Numbered from the whole stretch's first letter, positions 13,205 to 27,070 are shown. The stretch: DNA of 58,415 bases, filler included, from Sphacelaria rigidula (GCA_964200075.2; 5 parts of 5 records of this genome joined end to end with filler, not necessarily neighbours in it); one strand, 5' to 3'. Notes: generated by a model from the sequence alone, not told the origin. Numbers and translations are program-made.

Positions 13205-14215
13205 CGGCAAAACTTCACGCCGTTTTTAGGAGTTAGGCCAGATGTTATGGCAAACAGATTTTTGGCCGACGGATTGTTCACTTATGGGATGTTTGACCCA
13301 TCTTTTAACCCCCAGACCAAGAAAACCGCCAACACACGTCTCGGACACTTTGAATATCGAAACCTCGAAGCCAAGCGAATCTGAAAAGCAGACTAGGCTC
13401 CTTCCTCTCTGTGGGGTAAAGCAAAGTGCCCGAGACGTGTGTTGGCGGTTTCCTTGGTTTGGGGGTCAAAAGGTGGGTTAAACGTCGCATAAGTGAACAA
13501 TCCGTGGGCCGAAAATCTGTTTGCCATAAGATCCGGCCTTAGGCTCGGAATTTTTGCACAGGTGTTCTACGGGTCATTACGAAAATTTTCAAGGTCGAGT
13601 TTTTTTTATTTTCGAAAAAAATCACGGTTTTTTCGGGGTCCCATTATTTTCGGGGAAACTTCGATCCAGTCGGACGCCCGTAAAACTGTAAAAAAATGAA
13701 AAATAAAATACCTCGTCCATCCAAAGTTGCGCAATGACCCATAGCACAGTTGTGCAAAATTTCAGGGTCTAACTCCCTAAAACGGCGTGAAGTTTGAAGT
13801 TTTTCGCGTTTGTGCGATGAACCTTGCCGTGCCACGGTGAAACGGCAAACTACTAGATTTTAGTATGAAAATGGCGTTCTTGGGCCTTCTTTGACGTGGA
13901 CATGAAAACCCAAAGCACCAGTTAATCGACTTTGGCCACGACACTTTGTGGGGTTTTTCCTTGGGTTTTGCGGCGACAGAGCGTTCGCAGAAAATATGAA
14001 AAAAATACCGTAGTGCCTGTTTTCCGGGGTTCCAGAATGGACGACTTCGATCCCGTCGGACCCCCGAAAAACGGTGAAAAAATCAAGAATTAGAAAAATA
14101 TCGTTGATCTAAACTCGCGCGATGATTCATAGCACATTTGTGCAAAGTTTCAGGGTCTAACTCCTGATAAATGCGTGAAGAATTGCGCGTTTGTGCGAGG
14201 ATGCGAGCTGAACCC
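13205..14215. repeat. Older repeat element with inverted and direct internal copies, interrupted by the Harbinger MITE
   Basis: The unit ACTTCGATCC.GTCGGAC.CCCG...TGTGCAAA.TTTCAGGGTCTAACTCC occurs at about 13658-13820 and 14044-14200. An inverted copy is split across 13208-13235 and 13542-13560. Confidence 0.65.
13236..13538. mobile_element. PIF/Harbinger (Tourist-like) MITE
   Basis: Imperfect TIRs of about 115 bp starting GGCC(A/G)GAT(G/C)TTATGGCAAACAGATTTT, flanked by a TTA direct repeat (13233-13235 and 13539-13541). Confidence 0.88.
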
Positions 14216-17200
14216 TTTTGGAACCGTTGGTGGAAAAATGACGATTTACACTTGACGTTTTTTCGGGCAAAAAATGGTTGTTTTTCCACAGCTTTTGAGC
14301 AAATGATTTGCCCAAAGGGTGTTTTTCAGACCCGTGCGAATGGAGCGTGGAAGAAAAGAAGGTTCGAGGGTTCTCTATTTTACGGGTATGACAAATTGTT
14401 CGACCCGTCGGTGTTTTGTAACCCCGGCCAGAGTGCACGGCTGACTGTCCGTGAAGCAATCTTCACGCCGCACCTGCAATAAATGCTTTGCACCGCAGCA
14501 TAGCGAGCTTGTGCCTAGGTTGAAATAACAAAGGCGAAATCGACGGCACATTTACCTCACTTATACCCCTGTCTACTGTCTGTATTCGCAGACAGTCACC
14601 GTCAGGCCCTGTGGGGATGTGTTCACCTACTCCTCTGTACTGCGTGTGATCATGATATTTTCAGCTGATGTCAAGGGTAAACTCATGCCGTGCACGCTAC
14701 TGTACCCTGTCGTACGCGTTTATACGGCACCAAACTGCGGTTTAATCATTCCATAACGGCGACGAGGATGTCATGTACCCCGCCGTTATACATACTTCTG
14801 GTGCAGCGTAGGCGGGGGCCGTTACTTTGGCATATCCGATACAGGCTGTCACTTTGAAGGCTGTGATCTTACGGCATATCTCATCCTGCGCTTTGTGCTG
14901 TACGCCCCCACGACACCACCTCTATCCTGGGGGTTGGACATGTCTGAACGTTGCACAACCGTCCTTTGTGCTGCGTGAGGTGTATTACTCCGGCTGGCGC
15001 TATCGCCTTTGGACCGTCTGTCCTCGTGGGCGGCGTTGGGGTTCCATGCAATGATATTGGATACCTTCTGTCTTCCGACATGGAAGACCGTTACATTGTT
15101 TTTCAGTTATACTGGACTGTAGTGAAGTGTAGTTCCTGACTGTAGTTTTAGTTAGGTTAGGCTGGTTGCGAAAGGCTGTCCCAGTCGTTTGTCGACCGTT
15201 TGCTAGTATATCGCCCAAGCTTGCTATCACGTCCGCTTGGTGTCTCCTGCATAATCCTGTGTGCCTCGCTGCGTTTTATTTTGCTGCGGTTATTGTGCTG
15301 ACACTCGGTAAGCGAGCGGGGGGGCCGGTGTGAGCCGGGGGGCAATGGGCTGCCCCAACCGTTGTTGCAGCTTTTTCAGCGAAACGCCTGGCAGCGTCCT
15401 GACCATGCTTCTCAGCCACCTCTTCCAGCTGAACGTGACTTGCATATGGGTCGCTCTTCAGCGCTCCACATGTGGCGACGGAATTTCCACGTGCTCCGCC
15501 ATATCATTGTCACCGGCCGTGTAGTGTGGCTTCCTACGCTCGCCAAGTGTTGATGATGCAGCCCACCAAAACGGTGCACCATTCTAATTTCAAGTATACT
15601 AGTGCGCTACTCTAAGTTCAAGTATACTAATGTGACGGGTTCGTGCACCGAACTCGAATTGACGTATTTCACATATTCTACTGACAAAAATCACATGTAT
15701 AAGAGTTTGTACTATTTTGCGAGTGTTTCGTCGATGCACACAATCGGACACACTTCGCCCGTCGCGTGATATCCTTGGACAAACCCAACCCGACCGATCC
15801 GGGGTTTCATCTTCGGTACATCCATGACGTGTGCGTCTTGAGTCTTCTTTGGTCTTCGACAGTGAGAATGGTTGCCGTCGGTTTTTTCTGTATCCATATT
15901 TTCTTCTTTGTCAGGGCTTCTCATATTGAGGCGTCTGGCCCGGGGACGGGAGGGGAGGGTTCCAACAGGGTTGAAACGTGCAAACTCGTAACTACTTGGT
16001 TTGAGAATATACAAAATTTTTAGGGTGAATTTTACGTCAAGGCAGGAAAAATGGTATGAGATTTTCGAGTTCATCCACCAAACTTCGTACATGTGTTCCT
16101 TGCACCATCCCGGGACGCGTCATATTTTTTCTCTGTTAGAGTCATTCTGTACCGCCTCTCGGGGGTATTTGTACTGGGACCCCCGGAAGCCGGTAGAGAA
16201 TGGAGAAACTGTGAACCCTTGCCAAAAACATAATTTTTCCACATGGAGCATCAATACCTACGGAACTGCCGAGCTTGAGGATGATCTGAGCATTTCTACA
16301 ACAGATAAAAGGGAAATCGTCACGAGGCTCTCTGAGTCTTTCCTGCGTACCATCAGTGGAAGTTAGACGACGCCAGATTCCACATCACCGAAACATTACG
16401 GTTCAAGGAATAATTCGACCCCGTTGGAACCGTTTTCAAATCCGTTTCTCCTGTTAGATTCTTGAGGTGATGACGGTCACCATGATTCGAAGCATGTGGA
16501 GATTCAGTGGAAATCGGGCTTGGAATTTGTATTTTCAATTTCGGAATAGTTTGAAAGGCGCTGATTGGTCAAGACACATTTTTGTCAAAAGCGCCACCGC
16601 TTTAGCCTTCAACAAAAATCCGGCTATGTAACCCTCTTCATCTGTTCATTGCAGTCAGTATGATACCGTGTATGTGACTATTGGGTGCGTATTGCAGAAG
16701 GCATTTTGCTGATGACAAAAATTGGGAGGGTTTCCGTGGAACAGCCTGTATAAGATGAGCGTTAAGTTCCCCCTCGTGCCTTGCCTCCGCATGTTCTCGA
16801 TCGAAAAAGCTGAACCTCTCCATGTTTTGTCTTAGAGTCGCGCGCGACGACTTGTAAATAAGGGTCGAAGCCATTTAAGAACACAAACAATGTGCACGTA
16901 TCAGATCGGAATTTGCCGCCGCACATTATCGATTGAAAAAAATATGAAAACGCCCCGGGTTATTTTCTGGGAAGAGCGGTGATTCTCTCCGCACTGGATG
17001 TTATTTGAAAATATGTGTCCAAAACATCCTGAAGAATAGATCTTTGATAGTTGCTGGACAGAGGAAAGACTGCGGTCGCTGTATATCAGCTGATCACCGT
17101 ACGTCCACGAGCAAGGTCCGACGTTCGCTCCAAGAACAAACTGCTTCGTTTCCAGAAACAAAAAATCATCGTCATCTATACTGGATTGTCCTGTCTGTCC

Positions 17201-17363
17201 CTAAACTTTAGTGCAATGTGCACGCACACTATCGATAACACAATACAATAGCATGCACTCTTTAGATGACATGGACATCAACCACCGTATACTCCCGACT
17301 CTCTTCATTTGGGATCAGTGCTACCGATAGGCAACCCCGTCACTGAAGCATTCCTTTTCTCAC

Positions 17364-17866
17364 TAGACACCACTTCCTCGCACCGCAGAGCAGCGCCTGC
17401 GCGTCTGGGTAATGATTACACTTGCTGTCCCAGTAGATAGGGCACACATACCCATAGCTTCGCGCTTGGCAAAGGCACGCACTCAGGTACCGTCCGCACA
17501 ACACAACCGTTATCAACAACCCCGTGCACAAACCTTCATAATGCAAGTGCTCATGTCAATACCAAGACATGCTTGCATATCCTCGTACGTGCCCTGACCC
17601 TTCTCCCATCCTTTCAAGTCGTATGCCCCCCCCGCGCCGCCGCCGCCGCCTCCGCCGCCGCCGCCAGCTGAGGTGCTGGCTCCCGAGGGCGGAGGCTCGA
17701 ACGAAAATGTGTTGGCCGTTTGAGGTGCTGCAAGTGCATTGCCTCCGAAAGTCGTGCCTGGGTTAATCGCCATACCTCCACCCCCGGCTCCAACACCCAT
17801 CCCCGAACCTGCCGCGCTTAGGGCCATCTTTCTCACCTTGCGCGTTCTGTGCGCTCTGTGTGGGAG
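17364..17866 (-). CDS. Putative internal exons of an unknown gene (about 17855/17866-17534 and 17396-17364)
   Basis: Gly-rich ORF ...ALSAAGSGMG...GGAYDLKGWEKGQGTYEDMQACLGIDMSTCIMK|gtttgt, then cgcag|ALLCGARKWCL|gtgaga in phase 0. Confidence 0.5.
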
Positions 17867-19155
17867 CTGCGATGTGGCGCAAGAGGGTCACGCAAGCTAA
17901 AGGTTGCTGATTGAACGTTGGTTGCAGATTTATTCACAAATGTTCGATATGGTCTGTAGGGGGGTATGTAAGAAAGAGAGTTGGGGGGGTCGAAAATAGG
18001 GGTAGGTGCGTATACAAGAGTACATGTGGTGAATTGGACGCAACATACAATACATTGTCTTTCCCTCGTCCAAAACATAAAATACAACCACCCATCCCCA
18101 AACAATATTTCATTGTATTTCATATATTATATTTTATATAGTATTTTTCATTGAGTATATTTTTCATACCTCGTAAAGATGCTGGTATAGGTGGGGTATA
18201 CGGATGCATCCTGTCATACACATCATTGTATATACCGCACTGTGCACTGTACCGTGCGGTATTGTTACTGATGTGGAATTGTTCTTACCGTTGTGGGCCC
18301 GGTACCCAAACAGTTGTGTATTGCCGGAAAGGCGGCTGGCCATTTGTCACGAAGATTCAAGGTTGTGTTCGGAGGGACTTATCCGAAAGTGGGGCAAGAG
18401 TGAGGGATTTTTGGTTGGCTCACTAACCGAAATGGGTACCGAACACCACGTAGTATACGGTCCGGCAGAGTATCGAGCTTTGTTCCGAACAATCCGGTGT
18501 GGCTCGGAAGGATGTCCACCTGTAAATAGAATACTTATTTCATGTTTCTCTTTAAATACCCTGATTTCAGCCTGTGTACCCTGCAGAACACAAAAACTTC
18601 GCAAGGATCCCAGAAAATGTCTCCAAATTGGTTTTACAAAACCATAACCGTTTACCTCAGAAAATTCGCAGACGGCACTAACTGATAAACCCAGTACAGT
18701 ATATTATCCAGAATCAATCGCTTTCATGAAACGAATCCCCAAACATGTCACTGACAATATCCACACTAGAAGTACTGTATTCCATTATCAAGACACTACG
18801 TTACTTACGACGGAAACGAGCGCACCTGCAGTTGTTATCTGTTGACGGGCATTTGGCCACTGTACAGGTAATATACTACCTAGCAATGCCTGTTGTACAC
18901 TCATGGGGTGGATCATCCGGGTGTTGTTACATCCATTTTCCAAGTGAAAATGGTACCGACTGAAGAGATTCTGTACAGTACATTATTTATCTGCCGGGCG
19001 GTTTGCCGCCCAAGACCCGAAACGCACAAACGCCGGATTACCTCAAGTATCCTAGTCAGACGTTACTCGATCGCTTGGAGAGCGAAAGTGCGGGGAAGCT
19101 CCCGGTCCAAACTGGACTTAAATATTCTTGTTCTGCAACAACGAGGGTATACTGT

Positions 19156-19529
19156 GTGTTGTCATCCCATCTATTCTGGGCGACGGTCTACACCTTTCGC
19201 TATTAGATATAATATAATATGTGGGCACATCAGCCGGGGTCACACAGGAGGAGGAAGGTCAACACAGGAGCTTTTCTTTTTTATTTCTTTTTGGTACCCC
19301 ACCTTCCTTCTGCGGTGCTTGCCTTTACATTTTTTATCGCGAGAGGGGTTCAGCAGTCCCTTTCCCTCGTCGACCATTAAGTCGAATTTTGTGTACCCAC
19401 GACGTAGTCGCTCTCCACTTTTGGGCATGTTGTTGTTAGAGAAAATCCCAGATCGCTCCGGGAATCGAACCCCACTATTCAACCGTCAGAAGGTTACGAG
19501 GATACCAACGGAGCCACCGGGGCGACCGG
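19156..19529 (-). mobile_element. tRNA-derived SINE, family A, copy 3 (full length, with TSD)
   Basis: A/B boxes on the minus strand; ends ...GATGACAACAC; flanked by the direct repeat ATACTGT (19149-19155 and 19532-19538). Confidence 0.88.
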
Positions 19530-20049
19530 GCATACTGTATACATGAAACGTTGAACAATATGCTCTGCTTCGTCACGAAGAGGGACACCTTGTCCAAGCA
19601 GCTGAAAATCGAGATGGTTAATTGCGCCATCTCCTCGCGCTCAAGAAAAGGTGGGGGGAATCGATAGCGTCTCTGGAACGATATGGAGAGTGAGGGACAT
19701 CAGTTTATTCCGTCTGCAGTGCACACTGCTTGTTCCCTCTTATTCTCTCGCCTCACCCTTTTCTCGCGAGTTTCCCTCGCGCAAGCGTTGCCTCTTGACT
19801 TCTTGAGTACAGTATGTATCGAAGACAATCGAGTTCAATTCCTCCGTGCCGTTACATTACTCCAGTATAAGTAGTACGGCATGAAAGTATTTCGCAGGGG
19901 CGGGTGTGGGTAGATGAAAGTCGAAGTATTTCTTCACTCGTGTCATCAGATTGTTAGTTCTTCGGTTGGCCTTATTTGGGGCCTTGGGTCTCGCCCGTAG
20001 TCGGACTCTATGTTTATTTCTACTTGGCGTCGCGCGTCGAGTTGGAAAG

Positions 20050-23044
20050 TCGGGTGCCACCCCCTGAAGTACGAATGGCCACCTGCGGCACCGGATCTTC
20101 TGAGGTTAGCCATATATATGCACCATCTTTCCTCTTCATTATTTATCCCTGTTTAGCGTGTATCGCGTTTTGTGAGTTTTAACCCTCAGACTGCGAGGCT
20201 AGTCTTCTGTTGAATCGGCATCAATTTCGAGTAAAAAAAGTATGCATGGTCCAGAAAGACTAATCTCGCGGTCTGAGGGTTAATCTGGGTCTACTCGTAT
20301 TTTGTTTTTCCTTGTTTTTGCTAGCCTGTGACCACGAAAGGCGTCCGCATCAGGTGCCCAGTACGAATGTACCGCGCAGATATCGGAACGGTTTTTAATG
20401 TGAAGACAACAACAACAACAACAATTAGAGAAGCCTCTGACTGACTCGTGCAAGTGATTATTGCAACGTTCTCGCTTGAAAGAAATTTTGTCTCAAACTT
20501 GTAATACATTTGTTCCAGTCAATATTCTTGCCAAAACTTTGAACATGGATCGCCAACAACCATAAATGCTACCAGAGCAACGCGAATAACTTCGGAAAAT
20601 GTTTCCGATATACTCCGTGTATATTGTTACTCTTGAATGGGGTAACGACTGCCCGGCTCTCCCTCCCTCTATAGGTCACGAATCATGCAGGCGATCAGGC
20701 AAAGGCTGTGGCAGTTTTGCACGTTACGGGAGGTAATCTGTGACATGTCGTAGAAGTACTATTCTGTAATAGCATGGTTCCAGATACTGTGACACAGGAT
20801 CATAGATACGTGCGAGGTGGAGCCTTCGCCCTCCCCTTCCCCGCCTCATACATATTGAGTTGTTGGCCTCGTGGAGGTGGTGCATAGCCTGCATTTCGCA
20901 GGGTTCCTTGGAGCGGCTTCCAACGTCCTCCAATATGCAAGAGTCAGATCCCGTAAGGATGCCCTTCGAACGATATATTTCCGTGTAGGTGGGCATTTTT
21001 TGTTGTGTCAGACGGAGAAGAATAACATAAACATTTCGAAAGTTTGGAATTTAACCCTCACCCCAACGCCGCCCCCACCGCACACAGCAATAGCGGTGGG
21101 AGGACCACCAATGCACACAGCCGAAGCTCATGAGAGTACAGCGGTGCGTGCGCTGCGCCAAGTTGACAGGGATTTTGAGCGGGTTCGCCCCCCACACTGC
21201 CTTGAGCAAAGCTTTCCGAACGTTCGAGGTGCGTACCCCACATCATTGCCGCGAGGCTGCCTACGCGAGCCCCCGGGTAATCGATACACGAACCCGTTCC
21301 CGGGGTAATTGATGGGTGAGGCTTCCTCCTTCCAAGAAAAAAAAGAAAAAGCAGCCCTTACGACACGGTGAAAACCACCGACGCCGAAGCAGATAAAAAA
21401 AAAATCCCGAGACAGATCATGGTGAAAAAAAAAAAAAATGCTCACGTTCAAACTAGCGGGTACACCTTCTCGTGTTGGCTACGTGAACTATTTTCAACTA
21501 CTGTACCCAAGAGCACGATAAACTACCACGCACGATTGATGAGTTACTGGAACCCGGAAGGTCATCCGTCCGGGATGATATTTAGGGTAAAGAAGTCGTG
21601 TACAACATACCCCGGCACAGAACTGTGAAAACAGGTATGATGACAAAAACTACCCAATTTTCATATCCTGGGGGTATTAATTCAGGGGGGGAGATACGCG
21701 ATATGCGGGTAATAACAAGCCTGTTTTGGGGCACTACTGGCAAACGCTTCGCAATACCTGTCAATACCATCATACCGTGAAATCGACCATTTACAACAGT
21801 GAGTGCGCGACTCCAAGCCCAACGCCATCACAAAAACAATAAAAAGCAGCAGTCGGCGCACGCTACCGCAAAGTATCACCACCTCAAATTCGTTCTATCA
21901 AATCAACGCGCACAGGACATAAACAAAGGTGAGAAGAAAAAAAAAGAGAGAACAAAAACGCGGGTTGCCCTCATGCACAATCGGTATCCGATCAACTGCA
22001 CCGCACCGCACCGCACCGCACCGCACAACCATGAACAGAAACCAACTTTGCTGTTTTTTCCTTCGCCTACGAAGCTCGGCACCTCTTCAGCCGAGACATC
22101 CCAATGTTCCATAGGTCTTGCGAGGTAGGCTGGTGGTACGGATGCAGCCAAGTATTCAGACACAAGTACCTCAACATTTTCTCAGTATTTTGGCGGCCTA
22201 CAAAGTATACTCCGGGTACCACGGGGTAACCCTCTGAAAATCCGGGGTACCTCATCCAGGGTGCCGTGGGCTGCGGCACCCTCCCTTGACTCCCTTTCTA
22301 AAATCGAGCGCGGTGAGCCGACTTCTGCTCATGTTGAGACCGACAATCTACGCCCTCGAAGGGTCACTCCAATCTCACATTATCGAAGTCAGAGGGTGCG
22401 GCCGAGCCTCGTGAATCACCATGCCAGAGATACGACATAAACAGCGAGCTCACGAATCAAGTCATCACGATGCTCCCTCTTTATTTTGCTATCTCCCTCT
22501 CTCTTTTTTTACCACCTGAAACAAAACGGTCATGTGACCAACCGGTCGGACCGTACTTTGAGTGATGACCCTGCAAAAACACGCGAGAAAGGGGAAATAA
22601 GATTACCGTCACCGTCACCACCATCTTTGCCAATGTCATGCGACCGGATCGGGCAACGGCTCATTCCTCTCTTCGCGTGCCTCTTCCTTCGCCAACTTCT
22701 CCCCTCCGCCACCGGCGCCAGCCCCGTTCACCGCTCGACCACTGTTATCCTCCCGCTCTCCATCTTCACCGATCAACACCTCGCCAGCCTCCGTGTCCGC
22801 GATATCCAGTACTGCTGCTGTCATCGGCACCGTCGGCTCCCCCGCTCCCACGGGAGCTCCTGGTAACTCGGAGATACCGTACAGCGTTTCAAGAACAGGC
22901 GCGCCGACATCCTGTTCGTCGGGGTTTTGGGGGCATCGAGAATCCCGTAACAAGTTGGGAGGGTGTAAAACAGGCTGGTGCGTAACGCCAGTACAGGGGG
23001 GATTTGCCGGTTCCGACACACGAGACATGTGTGTACAATATCAG
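20050..23044 (+). CDS. Putative multi-exon gene of unknown function (candidate exons about 20050-20104, 20675-20732, 20902-20952, 21121-21228, 22075-22124, about 22602-23044)
   Basis: Chain of canonical ag|exon|gt units with pyrimidine-rich acceptors and compatible frames, e.g. ...DLLRSRIMQAIRQRLWQFCTLREGSLERLP...FRTFE. The reading frame is ambiguous and linkage to the last S/P-rich exon is not resolved. Confidence 0.4.
20183..20279. mobile_element. Miniature piggyBac-type MITE (97 bp)
   Basis: TTAA|CCCTCAGACTGCGAGGCTAGTCTT ... AAGACTAATCTCGCGGTCTGAGGG|TTAA: TTAA TSD with CCC/GGG termini. Confidence 0.85.
20322..20423 (+). mobile_element. Retroposon 3' end with (CAA)n tail, copy 1
   Basis: CGTCCGCATCAG.TGC.CAGTAC.AATGTACCGCGCA.ATATCGGAACGGTTTTTAATGTGAAGACAACAACAAC is shared with about 37030-37128. 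Confidence 0.75.
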
Positions 23045-23308
23045 GTTGCCAGTACCGTAAACTGCGAGTGCGTGTGAGATACGATAATGCACGTTTTTTT
23101 TGCTCATGGATTGATTGACAGGTTGATTGATGGGATAACGAATGCTTGAATAATAAAAAAAACAATATACTAAAACGAATAAACACATATAACAACAAAG
23201 TGATGAAAAAAGGAAGTAATATGTATTTTCAACTTTTTCATAATATGGAGGCGGTATTTTTGAAGATGAGGCGCCCCAACACAGTACACCAGGCGTCTGA
23301 TGATACTG

Positions 23309-23408
23309 NNNNNNNNNNNNNNNNNNNNNNNNNNNNNNNNNNNNNNNNNNNNTTAATTAATTAANNNNNNNNNNNNNNNNNNNNNNNNNNNNNNNNNNNN
23401 NNNNNNNN
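23309..23408. other. Artificial contig linker
   Basis: N44-TTAATTAATTAA-N44. Confidence 0.98.
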
Positions 23409-23482
23409 TCGATGAAATATTGTTTTTAGAGCTTATATCCGTTTTTAGGCTGGCCCAGCTCGTAGTAATGCTCATATCCGGG
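23409..23482 (-). repeat. Repeat at a contig end, shared with the end of contig 4
   Basis: Reverse complement of 46620-46695 (GAGCTGGGCCA.CCTAAAAACGGAT.TAAGCTCT.AAA.CAATAT.TCATCGA). Confidence 0.75.
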
Positions 23483-24586
23483 TCATCAAACGAGGGGACC
23501 TGTAGCTCCGGGCGTAGATCTATGGAAGCTTTTTTGGACAACTCAACAATAACGCTAACACTAACCCTAACGCCGACCTAAGGCGCACGAGACCCTCGAG
23601 CAATGGGGGTGCATAGGTACCCCTAGGCGAGGAGTGCGTTGGCAGACCTCAAATCGACGCCGCAGGCACCGATTTCGACAAAACTACGCTCTGGATGAGC
23701 TGAGTCCACTCCTCACTTGCCCTGAATCATAAATTTTTTCAGAACTTTCCCAAGTCTAGGATCAAGTAGTCATGCTGGCAACCATGGATATACGCCTGAG
23801 CTATAGGTCTACTGCATCAAACTCGTTGTGAGCTTACCTGTACATGTATGCCGCTCGTCGAATTCGGTGGCCATGGGTCCCCTTGAATTTTACAATCACG
23901 GCAAAGTGTGTAAAGTCAACCTTGACCATGACTCACAAACTAGCAGCCTTCGAACGGGCGCGGTGTTCGTGGATAATCTCCAGGCTTGAAACGGTTTATT
24001 CTTGTGCTGAACCTGTCGAGACCTACGAGAATGTCCCTGCTCTGCCCTCAGATTTTGTTTCCTAGAGTGGGCCACCGACCGTAGCTTACGGACCCTTTGC
24101 TTCGCCTGCAGATGGGCAGCTATGGCTAACATTCATGTAACAAGTCAGATGACGCCCGTTGGAGGGATGCACACCTTGGGCGCTCGAATGGTCAATGCTG
24201 TCTGAACGGCATGAGATGGAGAACTGTCTCAGATGTTTTCATTAGTAGCTTTCGATCGCTACTCGGGCAGGCGGTGAACTGGCTGACACCACGCCTTCTC
24301 AACGGCGCTGCAGGTTTACGAAGGGCTGAGAACACAACAAGATCGTTTGGAGAATTTTCCTGACGTTTCCACCACGAAACCGTTACCTTATAATATCGTT
24401 GAAACGCGTTGTCTCATATTAGTTTCCCCTCTCGTCTCTCGTTCTCGTCCTGGCGATCGACTCTATTAGAAGGGGCCATATCATGTACGATTCTAGGAAC
24501 AAAGTTGTCTAAACCTTCGTGCATCTTGACTTGTTTGTTCAAAATATGCGCCTTAGATCGACCCTCGGCGTGTGATAATTGATTAG

Positions 24587-24754
24587 GGTGGAACAGGCGA
24601 AGACGACGGTGGCGGCGGTATTGGTTCGATGAGCGACGGGTCGATCGTCTTGGTGGGCAGTACGATGGGCGACTGGGGTACCGAAAACGAGGGTGACGAA
24701 GACTTTGTGGGGGTTAAGCTGGACGCCGATGGAACGCTTCTGTGGATTTGGCAG
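24587..24754 (+). CDS. Beta-propeller-like (SBBP-type) repeat protein, repeat exon 1 (56 aa)
   Basis: tag|GGTGEDDGGGGIGSMSDGSIVLVGSTMGDWGTENEGDEDFVGVKLDADGTLLWIWQ|gtttgc; phase 0-0; homologous to three other exons. Confidence 0.85.
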
Positions 24755-26905
24755 GTTTGCCTTGAGCGAGATGCCAAAAAAATCAATGAACTTGTGTGAG
24801 AGAGTAGTAGTTGGAGCATTTATCCCATCAATTTTGATCACTTCAGGTATATGAAATCGTAGCGTTTTGTCCAAAGAGACTACTTGCGGTGAACTTGGGC
24901 CTACGGGCGCCGGGGGCCCTCTAGGCATGTGTTTTTACCTGTCAACGCAGTGCTATCAACAAGCTCAACGCAAGTAGTCTGGCCACGGACAACGGACAAG
25001 AGCATTGAGGTTCTCTTCATCGCAGCTTCCAGTGCAGTCCTTAGCCGGGATCACAGTGGCCGCAGTCCTTGGAGGCGTACACATTTGCGAAATTTATGTC
25101 GAGTATTCCGGGGTTTCATTTATTAAGTCAGTTGGGAGCATAGACGACGAAAACTTTGAGCAGTCTCGGTGGGTTTCGTAAGAGAGCTCTCACACAGCTA
25201 CTCGCTGGATCTCGGAGATGACAGTTACCAACGACATGGAAGGGGTCCACTAACGTGAAATAGTTCCCCTTGGCATTCGTCGTCCGAGCCTGTTGTTTGG
25301 CCGCTTGTGATTTGATTCACCACGTAGCCATCAAGCATCGGGTCATTTTCGACCGGTGTGGAAAAACTCGTGAAACATGTCGACAACCTACGGGACGCCT
25401 AATCGTATGGAGATGGTATTTTATCTTGTACATGCTCGTGTTTGGTACATGTGACGACCTCGTTGGTTCCATAATGCGGAAAATCGATCTCATATTTCTT
25501 GTTCGAATCCTTGCATGCCCCCTGCTACAAGGAATTTGGACCACTTCTACGATTCGCTTAGCTGGATAGTTTCCTTAAAACGATACCGCAAAGGCTTCAG
25601 CTATCGCGCGTTGGACGTGGGGCGATATCCTTTGGTTGATTTTCGCCCGAAATTGGCTACTTCAAGAATGGTGTTTGTTGAGACAGTGAAGGGTATCTAG
25701 CATACTCTTCATGTCGATCTACGGCAACATATCGGAACATAGCCTCATGCTTTTCCCTTCGACAATGAACGTACAGACGTTTTTCTGTAGTAAAGATCCG
25801 CACTCCCCCTACAGTAGGAGGATTCGTCTGTCTGTGAAAAATGCAGTCTGGAGTGAGTCGTAGTTACCGAAACTTGACTACGATAAATAGATCGTTAGAA
25901 CGACGGCATCTCTGTGCGTTCCTAGTAGGGTTTACTAAGCTGAAGGGCGTTTGTATTGAAAAACGCAGCAGTGTAACATCAATTATGTGAGGGCGACATC
26001 ACCCCTATTAGCAATAAGCGCACGGATGGTCCTGCAAAAAGGGGCATGAAGGCTTTGCTGTCTAGTAAGCTGCCGCGCCCCGGCGATCTACTGATTCAAC
26101 AAGTTCACACCCTGGGCAACATATGATCGATAGATGCAATAGACAAAAAAAAATGTACTAGGAAAAGTATAGGCCTTTTGCGTCTACGGTCGGTCGACAA
26201 TGGAAGTAATAGGCCTATACTTTACCCAGTACATGTTTTGTCTATTGCATCTGTCGACTACATACTGTCGAGGGTGTGAACAATTTAAATCATTTGGTCG
26301 CGAAGTTCGGATTCGCTCCCCGGCGCGAAGATCCGTTTGTTTCTGTCAAATACCCGATCCCCGTGGCTAGACACACGGGAACACAAGTGCGAAAAAAACG
26401 GTTTCAATTAGATTCAATGCGCGGTACGGCAGTGCCAATGCAAGCCGCGAAGCCAAATCGCGAGGCGTGTACCGGGGGAGAGGTGAGTTGATCCGTTGAG
26501 CTCGCGGACTCGTCCCGAGAAAGGAGAGAGGTTGAGACTCGGGACCAACGGCGAAACAACATCGAATCATGAATTTTCGGAGCAGCATGTGACGCACGTG
26601 CCGAGCACTTATTCTCAATCGGCATAAACGAAAATGCATTCCCTCGATGAACAAGTAGGGGAAGAGGAGCACCTTTAAAATCGTACCCGTTCACTGCGTA
26701 GTGATGTATTTCAATACTGGAAAAAACTCTCATTCTAGCTTCCTGGGGGCGTAACATGTGGTATCTTGCCCTCCCGTAATGTGTTCGTTTGAGTACACCA
26801 GACACGACATGCACCTCCGGTCTTGCCGATGACACTATTTCACAGGGGTGCTCTCTTTCATCCCCCATGTGCCGGGGAATACCTGCCTGCTTTCGGAACA
26901 AATAG

Positions 26906-27070
26906 GACGGGACATTGGCAGCTGATCGCATGATCAGCATCGAAGAAAGCGGCGATGGAGTGATACTAGCGGGTCGGACGAAGGGAGACTGGAGAGGGAC
27001 AACCGCCGGTAACATTGATTTCTGTGCGGTCAAGTTAGCGGCCGACCGTACTGAAATATGGAGGTGGCAG
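26906..27070 (+). CDS. Beta-propeller-like repeat exon 2 (55 aa)
   Basis: atag|DGTLAADRMISIEESGDGVILAGRTKGDWRGTTAGNIDFCAVKLAADRTEIWRWQ|gtgaat; phase 0-0. Confidence 0.85.
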
